Source of the DNA: an uncultured delta proteobacterium
GTDB lineage: Bacteria > Myxococcota > Myxococcia > Myxococcales > Myxococcaceae
Direction of reading: 5' to 3'
DNA length: 64,000 bases
Assembly: GCA_963796055.1 (NCBI GenBank)
Contig: CAWCKH010000001.1
Span: 160,001 to 224,000, forward strand
The translations under genes were made by a program, and so were the position numbers. Below are positions 47,006-56,618 of this stretch, piece by piece. Every line of letters begins with the position of its first letter. Position 1 is the stretch's first letter. A model generated the notes under the pieces. That model saw only the letters and a program-made list of their open reading frames with translations, did not search any database and was not told the DNA's origin.

Positions 47006-47950
47006 ATGACCGTCCAGCACTCAGGATTCGCCGCCCTCGTCGGCCGGCCCAACGTGGGCAAGAGCACCCTCCTCAACCGGCTGGTGGGGGAGAAGATCGC
47101 CATCGTCTCGCCCAGGCCCCAGACCACCCGGACCCGCATCACCGGGGTGGTGACCCGGCCCGAGGGGCAGGTGGCGTTCGTCGATACCCCGGGCATCCAC
47201 GAGGCGAAGGGGGCGCTGAACAAGGCGATGGTGGAGGCGGCGCTCGCCGCGCTGCAGGACGTCGATCTGGTCGTGCTCCTGGTGGAGCCCTCGCTGGGGC
47301 CGGACGGGAAGACCCCCCAGGTCACCCCCGGCGTGCGCGCCATCCTCGAGCGCCTCGCCCCGGTGAAGAAGCCGATGTTCCTGGTGGTGAACAAGGTCGA
47401 CACCGTCCCCAAGCCGCTGCTGCTGCCCTTCGTGGCGACGCTCACCGAGGTCCGCCCCTTCGAGGAGGTGCTCTTCGTCTCCGCCCTCACCGGCGAAGGA
47501 GTGGACGACCTTCTGCGGACCACCGTGGGCAAGCTCCCCGAAGGTCCCCCGCTGTTCGACCCGGAGACCTTCACCGACCAGCAAGAGGTCGGGCTGGCCG
47601 CCGAGCTCATCCGCGAGCAGGTTCTCCGGCATACCCGGCAGGAGGTTCCCCACTCCGCGGCGGTGGTGGTGGACGCGTTCGACGAGAGCGAGCGGGCGCC
47701 GCGACCCGGCAGCCGCCCCGGTGGGCTGCAGGGGCTGGTGCGACTCCATGCGACCCTCTACGTCGAGCGCGAGAGCCAGAAGGCCATCGTCATCGGCAAG
47801 CGGGGGGCGATGCTCAAGGCGATAGGCACCGACGCCCGGAAGGCCCTGGAGCGCCTGCTCGGCGCCCACGTCTACCTCGATCTGCGGGTCAAGGTGGAGC
47901 CGCGCTGGACCGAGACCGAGCGTGGGCTGCGCAAGGTGGGGCTCGGGTGA
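47006..47950 (+). CDS. era: GTPase Era
   Basis: GRPNVGKSTL, PQTTR, DTPG, NKVD, KH domain VIGKRGAMLK. Confidence 0.97.
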   Translation: MTVQHSGFAALVGRPNVGKSTLLNRLVGEKIAIVSPRPQTTRTRITGVVTRPEGQVAFVDTPGIHEAKGALNKAMVEAALAALQDVDLVVLLVEPSLGPDGKTPQVTPGVRAILERLAPVKKPMFLVVNKVDTVPKPLLLPFVATLTEVRPFEEVLFVSALTGEGVDDLLRTTVGKLPEGPPLFDPETFTDQQEVGLAAELIREQVLRHTRQEVPHSAAVVVDAFDESERAPRPGSRPGGLQGLVRLHATLYVERESQKAIVIGKRGAMLKAIGTDARKALERLLGAHVYLDLRVKVEPRWTETERGLRKVGLG

Positions 47951-49323
47951 GACCGCTGGTCGCCATCCTCGGCCGCCCCAACGTGGGCAAGAGCACGCTG
48001 TTCAACCGCATCGCGGGCCGGCGGCTGGCGCTGGTGCAGGACGTGCCCGGGGTCACCCGCGACCGGCACTACGCCGACACCGAGTGGCAGGGCCGCTCGC
48101 TGGCGCTGGTGGACACCGGCGGCTTCGTCCCGGACGGGGAGGGTGGGCTCGCCGCCCAGGTGCGCGCGCAGGCCGAGCTGGCCACCGCCGAGGCGGACGT
48201 GCTGCTGCTGCTGGTCGACGGCCGGGCCGGTCCCACTCCCGCGGACGACGCGCTGGCCCGCGCCCTCCGCCGCACCGGCAAGCCGCTGCTCCTGGTGGTG
48301 AACAAGCTCGACACTCCCCCCGCCGCCGAGACCGGGACCGCGGACTTCTACCGCCTCGGCATCGCCGACGTCTTCCCGGTGTCGGCCGAGCACGCCCTGG
48401 GCATGGACGCGCTGCTGGATGCGGTGGTCGCGCGGTTGCCGAAGCCGCCCGAGGCCGAGCCAGCGCCTGCGCCCGGGGAGGCCACGGACGCGACGGTGCG
48501 TCTCACCATCCTCGGCCGGCCCAACGTGGGGAAGAGCACCCTGCTCAACGCGCTGGTCCACGAGGAACGGGTCGTCGCCAGCCCCGAGCCCGGTACCACC
48601 CGCGACCCCATCGACACCACCCTGGTGCACGAGGGCAGGCGCTTCGTCCTCACCGACACCGCAGGCATCCGCCGGCGGAAGGCGGTGGGTGAGGCGGTGG
48701 AGAAGATCAGCGTGCTCGCCGCGCTCCGGAGCATGGAGCGCGCCGACGTGGCGGTGCTGGTGCTCGACGGCACCGAGCCCGGAGTCGACCAGGACGCGCG
48801 GCTGGCGGGGGTGGTCGCGGAGCGGGCCCGGGCGCTCCTGGTGGTGGTCAACAAGTGGGACCTGGTGCAGAAGGACCCGCGGACCGAGAAGCGGACGCGC
48901 GAGGAGCTGAAGTGGACCCTGAAGTTCGTGTCCTACGCTCCGATCGTCTTCGTCAGCGCCCTCACCGGCTCGAAGGTGGAGAAGGTGCTGGACCTCGCCG
49001 CCGAGCTCCAGGACGCGTTCCGGCTGCGCGTGCCCACCCCCGCGCTGAACAAGCTCCTCGGCCAGCTGGTGGATGCCCACCCCGCTCCCATCGTCGACGG
49101 CCGGCCGCTCCGGCTGTACTACATCGCCCAGGTGGGCACCGCGCCGCCAGCGTTCGCCATCACCACCAACCGCCCGGAGAAGGTGCCGGAAGCCTACAAG
49201 CGGTACCTGGCGAACCAGCTGCGCGAGACGTTTGGGCTGCGCGTTCCCATCCAGCTGTTCTTCCGGGAGAAGCCGGGCAAGGCCAAGCGGGTGGCCAGAA
49301 AGCGCCCGCACGCCCGTCGTTGA
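47947..49323 (+). CDS. der: Ribosome biogenesis GTPase Der (EngA)
   Basis: Two G domains (GRPNVGKST twice, DTGG/DTAG, NKLD/NKWD) plus KH-like C-terminus. Confidence 0.97.
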   Translation: MRPLVAILGRPNVGKSTLFNRIAGRRLALVQDVPGVTRDRHYADTEWQGRSLALVDTGGFVPDGEGGLAAQVRAQAELATAEADVLLLLVDGRAGPTPADDALARALRRTGKPLLLVVNKLDTPPAAETGTADFYRLGIADVFPVSAEHALGMDALLDAVVARLPKPPEAEPAPAPGEATDATVRLTILGRPNVGKSTLLNALVHEERVVASPEPGTTRDPIDTTLVHEGRRFVLTDTAGIRRRKAVGEAVEKISVLAALRSMERADVAVLVLDGTEPGVDQDARLAGVVAERARALLVVVNKWDLVQKDPRTEKRTREELKWTLKFVSYAPIVFVSALTGSKVEKVLDLAAELQDAFRLRVPTPALNKLLGQLVDAHPAPIVDGRPLRLYYIAQVGTAPPAFAITTNRPEKVPEAYKRYLANQLRETFGLRVPIQLFFREKPGKAKRVARKRPHARR

Positions 49324-49349
49324 CGTCCAAGCATCCGGATCTCTACAGT
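49320..49349 (+). promoter_or_regulatory. Putative sigma70 promoter for yfgM-bamB (TTGACG-N18-TACAGT)
   Basis: Near-consensus boxes; -35 overlaps the der TGA stop. Confidence 0.6.
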
Positions 49350-49394
49350 GCGCGCCCTTTCCGGGCCCAAGCAAGAAGGACACCAGGACACCAC

Positions 49395-50171
49395 GTGGCA
49401 CAGGATCGGATGAGTCGACAGGAGCTTCGTGCGCCGGACGCGTTCCAGCGCGCGGGGCTCGAGGCCCGGAGCTGGGTTTCGCACCGGAAGACCCTGGTGG
49501 TGGGCGGGGTGGTCGCGGTCATCGCGCTCGGATTCGCCGTCGCCCTCACCAGGACGCTCTCCGACCGGAAGGAGGCGAAGGCGCGCACCGCGCTGGGCAG
49601 CGCCATCGCCGTGCTCTCGCGCCCCCTCCAGGCCGACGTGCCGCCAGGGTCCACCGACGACCCGCCCCCGTTCAAGTCCGAGCCGGAGCGGGACCAGGCG
49701 GCCGTCTCGGCGCTGGGGGGCGTGCTGAGCAGCTACCCGGGCACCAGGGCAGCGGTCACCGCCGCCCTTCCCCTGGCCGCCACCGAGGTCCGGCTCGGAC
49801 AGCTGGACCCGGCCATCGCCCACTTCGAGGCCTACCTCCGGGGCGCTCCGGCGAGCGAGCCGCTCCGGGTGGCCGCGCTGGATGGACTCGGCCACGCCCG
49901 CGAGGCCAAGGGCGAGCTGCCGCAGGCGCTGGACGCGTACGAGCGGATGTCACGCGAGGAGGGCGCCGGCTTCGAGGCAGGCATGGGCGCGTTCCACCGC
50001 GGCCGGGTGCTCGTCCTGATGGGCAAGAAGCAGGAGGCGGCCCAGGCCTTCGCCGAGCTCGCTGCCGCCAGCCCCGGCACCCCCGCGGCGCGCCTGGCGC
50101 AGGAGCGGCTCTCGGCGCTGGAGGCCGAGGGCTTCAAGGCCACCGTGGCGGCGAAGCCGGACGCCGGATGA
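49395..50171 (+). CDS. yfgM: YfgM-like membrane-anchored TPR protein
   Basis: ELRAPDAF N-terminus, single TM, TPR helices; lies between der and bamB; start 49395 or 49410. Confidence 0.75.
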   Translation: MAQDRMSRQELRAPDAFQRAGLEARSWVSHRKTLVVGGVVAVIALGFAVALTRTLSDRKEAKARTALGSAIAVLSRPLQADVPPGSTDDPPPFKSEPERDQAAVSALGGVLSSYPGTRAAVTAALPLAATEVRLGQLDPAIAHFEAYLRGAPASEPLRVAALDGLGHAREAKGELPQALDAYERMSREEGAGFEAGMGAFHRGRVLVLMGKKQEAAQAFAELAAASPGTPAARLAQERLSALEAEGFKATVAAKPDAG

Positions 50172-51313
50172 GGCACCGCGCACTGTTGACCCTCGCGCTG
50201 GCCGCCCTGGGCGGCTGCGCCTCCGGCCGGGCGCCGGTCCTCGCCGACCCGTTCTCGCGCGAGCTCGCCACCCCGCTGGCCGCCTTCAGCATCGACTACT
50301 GGCACGCGATGCTCGAGACCTCCACCACCATGGAGTTCGTACCCCGGGAATTCGCCACCCCGGCGGTGGATCCCGTCTCCGGACGGGTGGTGGTGGGCAC
50401 CCGGGACGGTGTCCTCCGCAGCGTGAGCATCGACGGGAAGGTGCGCTGGGCGGTGCCCACCTCCGCACCGTTCTTCGCCGGGGTGCTGATCCGCGACGGC
50501 GTGGTCTACGCGCCCGGTGGCGACGGGGTGCTCCGGGCGCTGAAGGCCGATACCGGGGCGCACCTCTGGAGCTACGACTGTGGTGAGGAGCTGGTCACGA
50601 TGCCGGTCCTCGCCGAGGAGCGGGTGCTGGTCGCGTCCCAGTCGGCGACGCTGTACGCGGTGAACGCCGCGGACGGGAAGTGGGTCTGGCAGTACCGGCG
50701 CACCCCGCCGGCCGGCTTCATCCTCCGCGGCGCCAGCACCCCGGTGGTGCGCGACGGGGTGGTGTACCTCGGCTTCTCCGACGGGCACGCCGCGGCGCTG
50801 GAGGCCAAGACCGGTGGGGCCATCTGGGACCGCGTCCTGTCCACCGGGACCCAGTTCATCGACGTGAGCAGCACGCCCGGGTTCGACTCGAGCGGGCACC
50901 TCATCGTCGCCTCGTACAAGGACGGGATCTTCGCGCTCGACCCGAAGAACGGTGACACCGTCTGGCAGAGCAGCTCCGCGGGGCTGGCGTACGTGCTGGT
51001 CCGCGGTGCGGTCGTCTTCGCCACCGGGGAGGACCGGGTCGCGGCCTACAGCGCCGAGACCGGCAAGAGCATCTGGGTGACGCAGCTGCCGGATCGGGCC
51101 GGACAGCAGCCGGCGTTCGCCTCGGGGCTGTTGCTCGTGCCCACCGGAAAGGCGCTGCTCTTCGTCGACCCGGTGAGCGGCCGGATCCTCCGGCGGTTCG
51201 ACCCCGGGAAGGGTGTCACCGCCACGCCAGGGGTGTTCGGACCGGACGCGCTGGTCCTGTCGAACCTGGGCTTCGTCTACGGCCTGCACGTCACCCACCC
51301 CGGCACACTGTGA
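50168..51313 (+). CDS. bamB: PQQ-like beta-propeller lipoprotein (BamB-like)
   Basis: Lipobox LGGC; repeated G..LW/A..A.TG...W blades; yfgM/der context. Confidence 0.78.
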   Translation: MRHRALLTLALAALGGCASGRAPVLADPFSRELATPLAAFSIDYWHAMLETSTTMEFVPREFATPAVDPVSGRVVVGTRDGVLRSVSIDGKVRWAVPTSAPFFAGVLIRDGVVYAPGGDGVLRALKADTGAHLWSYDCGEELVTMPVLAEERVLVASQSATLYAVNAADGKWVWQYRRTPPAGFILRGASTPVVRDGVVYLGFSDGHAAALEAKTGGAIWDRVLSTGTQFIDVSSTPGFDSSGHLIVASYKDGIFALDPKNGDTVWQSSSAGLAYVLVRGAVVFATGEDRVAAYSAETGKSIWVTQLPDRAGQQPAFASGLLLVPTGKALLFVDPVSGRILRRFDPGKGVTATPGVFGPDALVLSNLGFVYGLHVTHPGTL

Positions 51314-51723
51314 GCCGCGAGGTCCGGGTGGTGGCGGCCCTGATCGAGATCGCTCCGGGCCGGTACCTGGTGCAGCAGCGGCTGCCGGGAAAGACCCGGC
51401 CGCTGCTCTGGGAGTTCCCGGGTGGCAAGGTGGAGCCGGGGGAGACGGACGCCCAGGCGCTCATTCGCGAGGCCCGCGAGGAGCTGGGCGTGCGGCTCGA
51501 GGTCGGTGAGGAGCGTTTCGCCGCCAGGCATTCCTACCCGGACCTCACGGTGGACCTCCACCTGTACGCGGCAGCCATCCTGGAGGGGACGCCGGCCCCG
51601 CTCGGGGCCCACGCGCTCCGTGGAGCGACCGCGGAGGAGATGCTGGCGATGCCGTTCTGCGAGGCGGATCTCCCATTGCTCCGCCAGCTGGCGTCGGAGG
51701 GGCAGGGCAGGCTCCGCAGGTGA
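51310..51723 (+). CDS. MutT/NudG-like NUDIX hydrolase
   Basis: WEFPGGKVEPGETDAQALIREAREELG Nudix box. Confidence 0.92.
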   Translation: MSREVRVVAALIEIAPGRYLVQQRLPGKTRPLLWEFPGGKVEPGETDAQALIREAREELGVRLEVGEERFAARHSYPDLTVDLHLYAAAILEGTPAPLGAHALRGATAEEMLAMPFCEADLPLLRQLASEGQGRLRR

Positions 51724-52586
51724 TCCGCCGGACGTTCCAGCTGGTTGCAGGCATCGGCCCGTGGCGGGAGAAGGACCTCTGGGCACGGGGCTTCGACACC
51801 TGGGATGCGGTCCGCGGCGGGGGCGAGGCGGCGCTGGGAGCAAGGCTGAACGCCGAGCTGCGCGCAGGCATCGACCGGGCCGAGGCGGCGCTCGACCGGG
51901 GAGACCTCGCAGCGCTGGTCCGGATGGTTCCAGCCCGGGAGCACTGGCGCCTCTGGCCGCTGGTGGCCGACGAGGCGCTGTGCCTGGACATCGAGGCCGA
52001 TGGGGTGGGGGAGCGCCAGCGGCCCACGGTGGCGGGCTGCCTGGACGTGGACGCGCTGGCGACCTTCATCGACGGCAGGAACCTCGATGCGCTCCCGGAT
52101 CGGCTCGGCGGCCGCCGGGTCTGGGTGACGTTCAACGGCGCCTGCTTCGATCTCCCGGTCCTGCGGCACGCCTTCCCGGGGCTGTCCGAGCCGGTGTTGC
52201 ACCTGGATCTGAAGCCGGTGTGCCGGCGCATCGGCCTCGGCGGAGGCCTGAAGTCGGCCGAGGACCGCCTGGGCATCGCCCGCCCGCCGCACCTCCGCGG
52301 CCGGAGCGGGATGGACGCGGTGCTGCTCTGGCGCGCGTACCACGCCACCGGCGACGTCGAGGCGCTGCGATTCCTGGTGGAGTACAACCTGTACGACGCC
52401 TTCCAGCTCCGGGCGGTCGCCGACCACGCCTTCAACCGCGCCGCCGAGCGCCTCCACTGGCCGGACCGCGTCCAGCCCTGGGACCGCGGGCTGGTGCTCT
52501 ACGACCTGAGCCGGCTGCTCCTGGCGCTCGAGCCGACGGCAGCGGACCACGCCCGGGCCGAGAGCCTGCGCGCACTCGACGGCTGA
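51720..52586 (+). CDS. YprB-like RNase H-fold (DEDD) exonuclease
   Basis: LDIE, VTFNGACFDLPVL, HLDL, GGLKSAE, YNLYD; N-terminal GIG HhH-like motif. Confidence 0.85.
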   Translation: MIRRTFQLVAGIGPWREKDLWARGFDTWDAVRGGGEAALGARLNAELRAGIDRAEAALDRGDLAALVRMVPAREHWRLWPLVADEALCLDIEADGVGERQRPTVAGCLDVDALATFIDGRNLDALPDRLGGRRVWVTFNGACFDLPVLRHAFPGLSEPVLHLDLKPVCRRIGLGGGLKSAEDRLGIARPPHLRGRSGMDAVLLWRAYHATGDVEALRFLVEYNLYDAFQLRAVADHAFNRAAERLHWPDRVQPWDRGLVLYDLSRLLLALEPTAADHARAESLRALDG

Positions 52587-52737
52587 CGAGGCGAAGCCGG
52601 CTGACCGCGGCCAATCGGAACTCATCGACGCGAGAAGCCGAAACATTCCCTCCGGCCGTCTGTCCAGGCGGGGTGCGTCGCACGGACGCACGTCTTTCGC
52701 TGGCCCCACCGCTGGTGTAGTCCACGGCCTCGCTCGC

Positions 52738-53868
52738 ATGCCCCGTCGCGTTCTCGTCCTGGCCACCCTGGCCGCCGCCCTTGCCATCCTCGCGCTCGAG
52801 CTGGTGATCCGGAGGCTGGGGTCCGAGCCCGGGGGTCCCCGGCCGATCCACCGGCTGGCGAGGAACTCCAGCGAGCCGCTCCCCACCCTGTGGCCCGTGC
52901 CGTCGTTTCGCCTGGTGGACCAGAACGGTCAGGTGCGGACCCCCGACGAGCTGCGCGGCTCGGTGTGGATCGCCGACTTCATCTTCACCAGCTGCAAGAG
53001 CGTCTGCCCGGTGCTCTCGGCCAAGATGGTCCAGGTCCAGCACGCCATCCAGGACCCGCGCCTGAAGTTCGTCAGCTTCTCGGTGGACCCCGAGCGCGAC
53101 ACGCCCCAGGCGCTCCGGGCCTATGCGAGCCGCTGGGCCCCCGACGAGTCCCGCTGGACGCTGCTCGCCACCACCAAGCAGAGCCTGGCCGACCTGACCC
53201 GGGGGATGAAGACCTTCGTCGAGGCCCAGCCCGACCCGGACGCCACGCTCCACACCAGCGAGCTGTACCTGATCGACGCGCAGGGGCGGGTGCGCGGGCT
53301 CTACGCCACCGACGGGGACTCGTTCGCCCCGCTCGTGCCCGACGCGCGCCGGCTCCTCGCCGAGCTGGGAAAGCCGTCGGCAGCGACCGGACCCCCGGGT
53401 GCTGCCAGCGAGGACGGGGCGGCCCTGTACCGGCAGCTCGGGTGCGCAGGGTGCCACGACGCGCCGGCCATCGCCCCGTCGCTGGCAGGCCTGGCCGGCC
53501 GGACGGTGATGCTCGCCGACGGGCGGGCCACCACCGCCAGCCCCGAATACCTGGCGGAGTCGATCCTCGACCCCGCCGCGAAGGTCGTGGCGACCTACCC
53601 ACCCTCGATGCCCGGCTACCGCGCGCAGCTCACGGACGGGCAGCTGACGGCGCTGGTCCAGTACCTCGAGGGACTGAAGGCACCGGCCGGCGCGGCCGCC
53701 CCGACGACCGTGGCCAGCGAGGGTGCAGCGGTGGACCCCGTCTGCGGCATGTCCATCCACACCGGGCCCGACACCCCGCACGTCACCCACGACGGTCACA
53801 CGGTCTACTTCTGCTCCGAGCACTGCCGGGACCGCTTCGTCAAGAACCCCGGCGCCTACGGCCACTGA
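52738..53868 (+). CDS. SCO/SenC - cytochrome c - YHS fusion protein
   Basis: N-terminal TM; FTSCKSVCP plus LHTS (Sco CxxxC/His); CAGCH..MP heme c motif; DPVCGM...YFCSEHC (YHS). Confidence 0.9.
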   Translation: MPRRVLVLATLAAALAILALELVIRRLGSEPGGPRPIHRLARNSSEPLPTLWPVPSFRLVDQNGQVRTPDELRGSVWIADFIFTSCKSVCPVLSAKMVQVQHAIQDPRLKFVSFSVDPERDTPQALRAYASRWAPDESRWTLLATTKQSLADLTRGMKTFVEAQPDPDATLHTSELYLIDAQGRVRGLYATDGDSFAPLVPDARRLLAELGKPSAATGPPGAASEDGAALYRQLGCAGCHDAPAIAPSLAGLAGRTVMLADGRATTASPEYLAESILDPAAKVVATYPPSMPGYRAQLTDGQLTALVQYLEGLKAPAGAAAPTTVASEGAAVDPVCGMSIHTGPDTPHVTHDGHTVYFCSEHCRDRFVKNPGAYGH

Positions 53869-53869
53869 T

Positions 53870-54400
53870 TCAGCGGTGCCGTCGCTTCCGGTGCGGGGGA
53901 GGTGGCTTCGGCCGCTCCCGCTCGCCGCTGGTGCGGAACTCGAGCCGCTGCTCCGGCACCTCCTTGCCGCTCCCGTCGTCGAAGGTCGCACCCGACTGCG
54001 CGTCGACCAGCACCGCATAGCGGTGCCCCGGTTCGAGGGGCCTCGAGAGGTCGATGTGGTAGCGGAGGGCGGTCGAGGTCTCCTCCGGGACGTCGTCCGA
54101 TTCCAGAGCCCGGTCATGCTCGTCCAGGACGCGGACACGGGCGTTGTGCAGGGGCCGGTTGCTCTCCACCAGAAGCTGCCGGGCGGGCGACACCAGTGGC
54201 GTCTCCAGCCCGAGCAGCGCATGGCGCTCGGTCCCACCGTCGGGGAGGGTGACCAGGAGATCCAGCGCCAGGGGAACGATCGGGCCCGCGTCCACCACTG
54301 CCGCCACCGGGCCTGCGTCGGGAACCGTCGGCTGGGTCGCGGGGCATCCGGCGGCGCCCAGCGCGACCGCACACAACTTCACCACCTTCCAGGTGCGCAT
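53870..54400 (-). CDS. Putative lipoprotein (Ig-like domain)
   Basis: Lipobox AAGC; LEPGHRYAVLVD Ig-like strand; basic C-terminal tail. Confidence 0.72.
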   Translation of the reverse strand: MRTWKVVKLCAVALGAAGCPATQPTVPDAGPVAAVVDAGPIVPLALDLLVTLPDGGTERHALLGLETPLVSPARQLLVESNRPLHNARVRVLDEHDRALESDDVPEETSTALRYHIDLSRPLEPGHRYAVLVDAQSGATFDDGSGKEVPEQRLEFRTSGERERPKPPPPHRKRRHR

Positions 54401-54429
54401 CGGGGCGCGGACGTTAGCTTGCGACACCC

Positions 54430-55389
54430 ATGACCGACACGCTCCGCTTCAGGAACCTCGACGGGTCGGGCCCGGTGCCGTTCCGGAAGGTCCTTCGGTG
54501 GGCGCTGCTGGACAGGTTCGCCGGCCGTCGGCGGCGCGCCCCGGCGCGAGCGTCCGTTCCCGAGGTGCGGGCCGACGTCGAGGCGCTCCGCCGGTCTCCG
54601 CTCGACGGCCTCCGGGTCACCTGGCTGGGGCACGCGAGCTGGCTGGTGCAGGGCGCGGGGACGTCGGTGCTGATCGACCCTGCGCTCGGGCCGCGGATCT
54701 CCGGCGTCATCCCCCGCAACGCCGGGCCGGGCCTCCGCGTGGACCAGCTCCCGTCCATCGACGCGGCGCTCGTCACCCACAACCACTACGACCACCTCGA
54801 CCTTCCGACGCTCCGCGCGGTGGGCGCGCCCGTGGTCGCGGGGCTGGGAACCCGGCCGAATCTGCGCGGCCTGGCGTGCACCGAGCTGGGGTGGTGGGAC
54901 CGGCTCCGCGTCGGAGGCCTGACCGTCACCTTCGTCCCCAGCCAGCACTGGAGCCGCCGGGGACTCGGGGACATGAACCAGGCCCTGTGGGGCGGCTTCG
55001 TCGTCGAGGGCGGTGACACGCGCGTGTACCACGCCGGCGACACCGCCTACTTCGGCGGCTTCCGGGAGATCGGCCAGCGCTTCCCCGGGCTGGACGCCGC
55101 GCTGCTGCCCATCGGCGCGTACGACCCGGAGTGGTTCATGCGGCCGCAGCACATGAACCCGGAGGACGCGGTCCAGGCCTTCGTCGATCTCGGAGCGCGG
55201 CGGCTGGTGGCCATGCACTGGGGCACCTTCAAGCTCACCGACGAGCCGCTCGACGAGCCGCCTCGCAGGCTCCGGATGGAGTGGGCCCGCCGTGGCCTCC
55301 CCGCGGACGCGCTCTGCATCCCGCCCATCGGCGAGACCCTCGAGCTCCGGGCTCCCCAGGCCCTCTCCGCGACGCAGCTCGGGGGCTGA
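54430..55389 (+). CDS. MBL-fold metallohydrolase (NAPE-PLD/RomA-like)
   Basis: WLGHAS, THNHYDHLD, QHWSRR, AGDTAY, PIGAY, HMNP, MHWGTF. Confidence 0.92.
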   Translation: MTDTLRFRNLDGSGPVPFRKVLRWALLDRFAGRRRRAPARASVPEVRADVEALRRSPLDGLRVTWLGHASWLVQGAGTSVLIDPALGPRISGVIPRNAGPGLRVDQLPSIDAALVTHNHYDHLDLPTLRAVGAPVVAGLGTRPNLRGLACTELGWWDRLRVGGLTVTFVPSQHWSRRGLGDMNQALWGGFVVEGGDTRVYHAGDTAYFGGFREIGQRFPGLDAALLPIGAYDPEWFMRPQHMNPEDAVQAFVDLGARRLVAMHWGTFKLTDEPLDEPPRRLRMEWARRGLPADALCIPPIGETLELRAPQALSATQLGG

Positions 55390-55526
55390 CCGCCCGGGGC
55401 GTCCGTCCCGATCGGACCGCCTGGTTCCGGGGACCCGTGGTGTTCACCAGGCCACTGTGCACCGCTCCGCTCGAGGCCCAGCTGACGGGCGAGCGGCCCG
55501 CACCCATCTTCCCCGGCGTTCGTCCA

Positions 55527-56618
55527 GTGAAGGTCGCCCACATCATCCACGGTCTCGACATTGGCGGCCTCGAGCGGCTGGTGGTGGATCTCGCCGCGCG
55601 CTCGCGGGCGTTCGGCGTGGACCCATCCCTCGTCGCCTTCGGCCAGGACGGGCCGGTGCGCGCCTGGGCCGAGGCGGTGGGCCTGCCGGTCCATCCGCTG
55701 GGGGACATCCGTGGGCTCTCGCTGGAGGCGCTCCGCCGGCTCGCCAGTGCACTGTCCGGGGTCTCCGTGGCGCACGCCCACGATCTCGGGCCCTGGCTCA
55801 ATGCGGTGGCCGCCTGCAGCCTCACGCCGCGGGTCCGTGTCCTGGCCACCTTCCACCAGCTCGCGCCGCCCAGCGGCCGGAAGCGATGCGCCGCCAGGCT
55901 CGGGGCACGCCGCAGCCGCGCCCTGGTCGCCTGCGGGGCGGAAGTCCGCGCCGAGCTGCGCAGCTGGGCGCCCGAGGGCACTCCGGTGGTGACCATCGGC
56001 AACGGGGTCGCGCTTCCTGGGCCGGCCACCGCGGAGCAGCGTGCCCGCGCCCGGCACCGGATGGGGCTGCCGGAGGGCGCCGTTGCCATCGGCTACCTGG
56101 GCCGGATGCACCCGGAGAAGGGCCCCGACCTCCTGGTGGAGGCCATGGTGCGCCACGCGCTCGACCTTCCCCAGGCACATCTGGTGCTCGTGGGGCGAGG
56201 GCCGCTGGACGATGCGCTCCGCACGGCCACTGCGCCGCTGGGGGCGCGGGCGCACCTGCTCGGAGAGGTGGTGGAGGGCGCGGCCGAGCTCCTCGCTGGC
56301 CTCGACGTCTATGCGCAGCCGTCGCGGCGGGAAGGCCGCTCGCTCTCGATGCTCGAGGCGATGGCGGCATCGCTCCCCACCGTCGCCCACCGGCTCCCGG
56401 CGGTCGCCGAGGTCCACCCGGACGGCTCGACGGCCATCCTCGTCCCTGCCGAGGACGTGGAGGCACTGGGCGCGGCGCTCCGGGCCCTGGTGCTCGACCC
56501 GGCGCGCCGCGCAGCGATGGGAAACGCCGCGCGCGCCCGGGTGGCCGCCTTCTCGATGGACGCCATGGTGGAGGCCTACGTCCGGCTGTGGCGCGCCTGC
56601 GCTCCGGTGCGCGCATGA
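55527..56618 (+). CDS. GT4 glycosyltransferase
   Basis: IGGLER, GNGV, GRMHPEKG, PSRREGRSLSMLEAMA (EX7E). Confidence 0.9.
   Translation: MKVAHIIHGLDIGGLERLVVDLAARSRAFGVDPSLVAFGQDGPVRAWAEAVGLPVHPLGDIRGLSLEALRRLASALSGVSVAHAHDLGPWLNAVAACSLTPRVRVLATFHQLAPPSGRKRCAARLGARRSRALVACGAEVRAELRSWAPEGTPVVTIGNGVALPGPATAEQRARARHRMGLPEGAVAIGYLGRMHPEKGPDLLVEAMVRHALDLPQAHLVLVGRGPLDDALRTATAPLGARAHLLGEVVEGAAELLAGLDVYAQPSRREGRSLSMLEAMAASLPTVAHRLPAVAEVHPDGSTAILVPAEDVEALGAALRALVLDPARRAAMGNAARARVAAFSMDAMVEAYVRLWRACAPVRA

Noticed and set aside
47030..48560. Three near-identical GRPNVGKST-coding DNA stretches
   Set aside because: Expected P-loop conservation in Era and the two Der G domains
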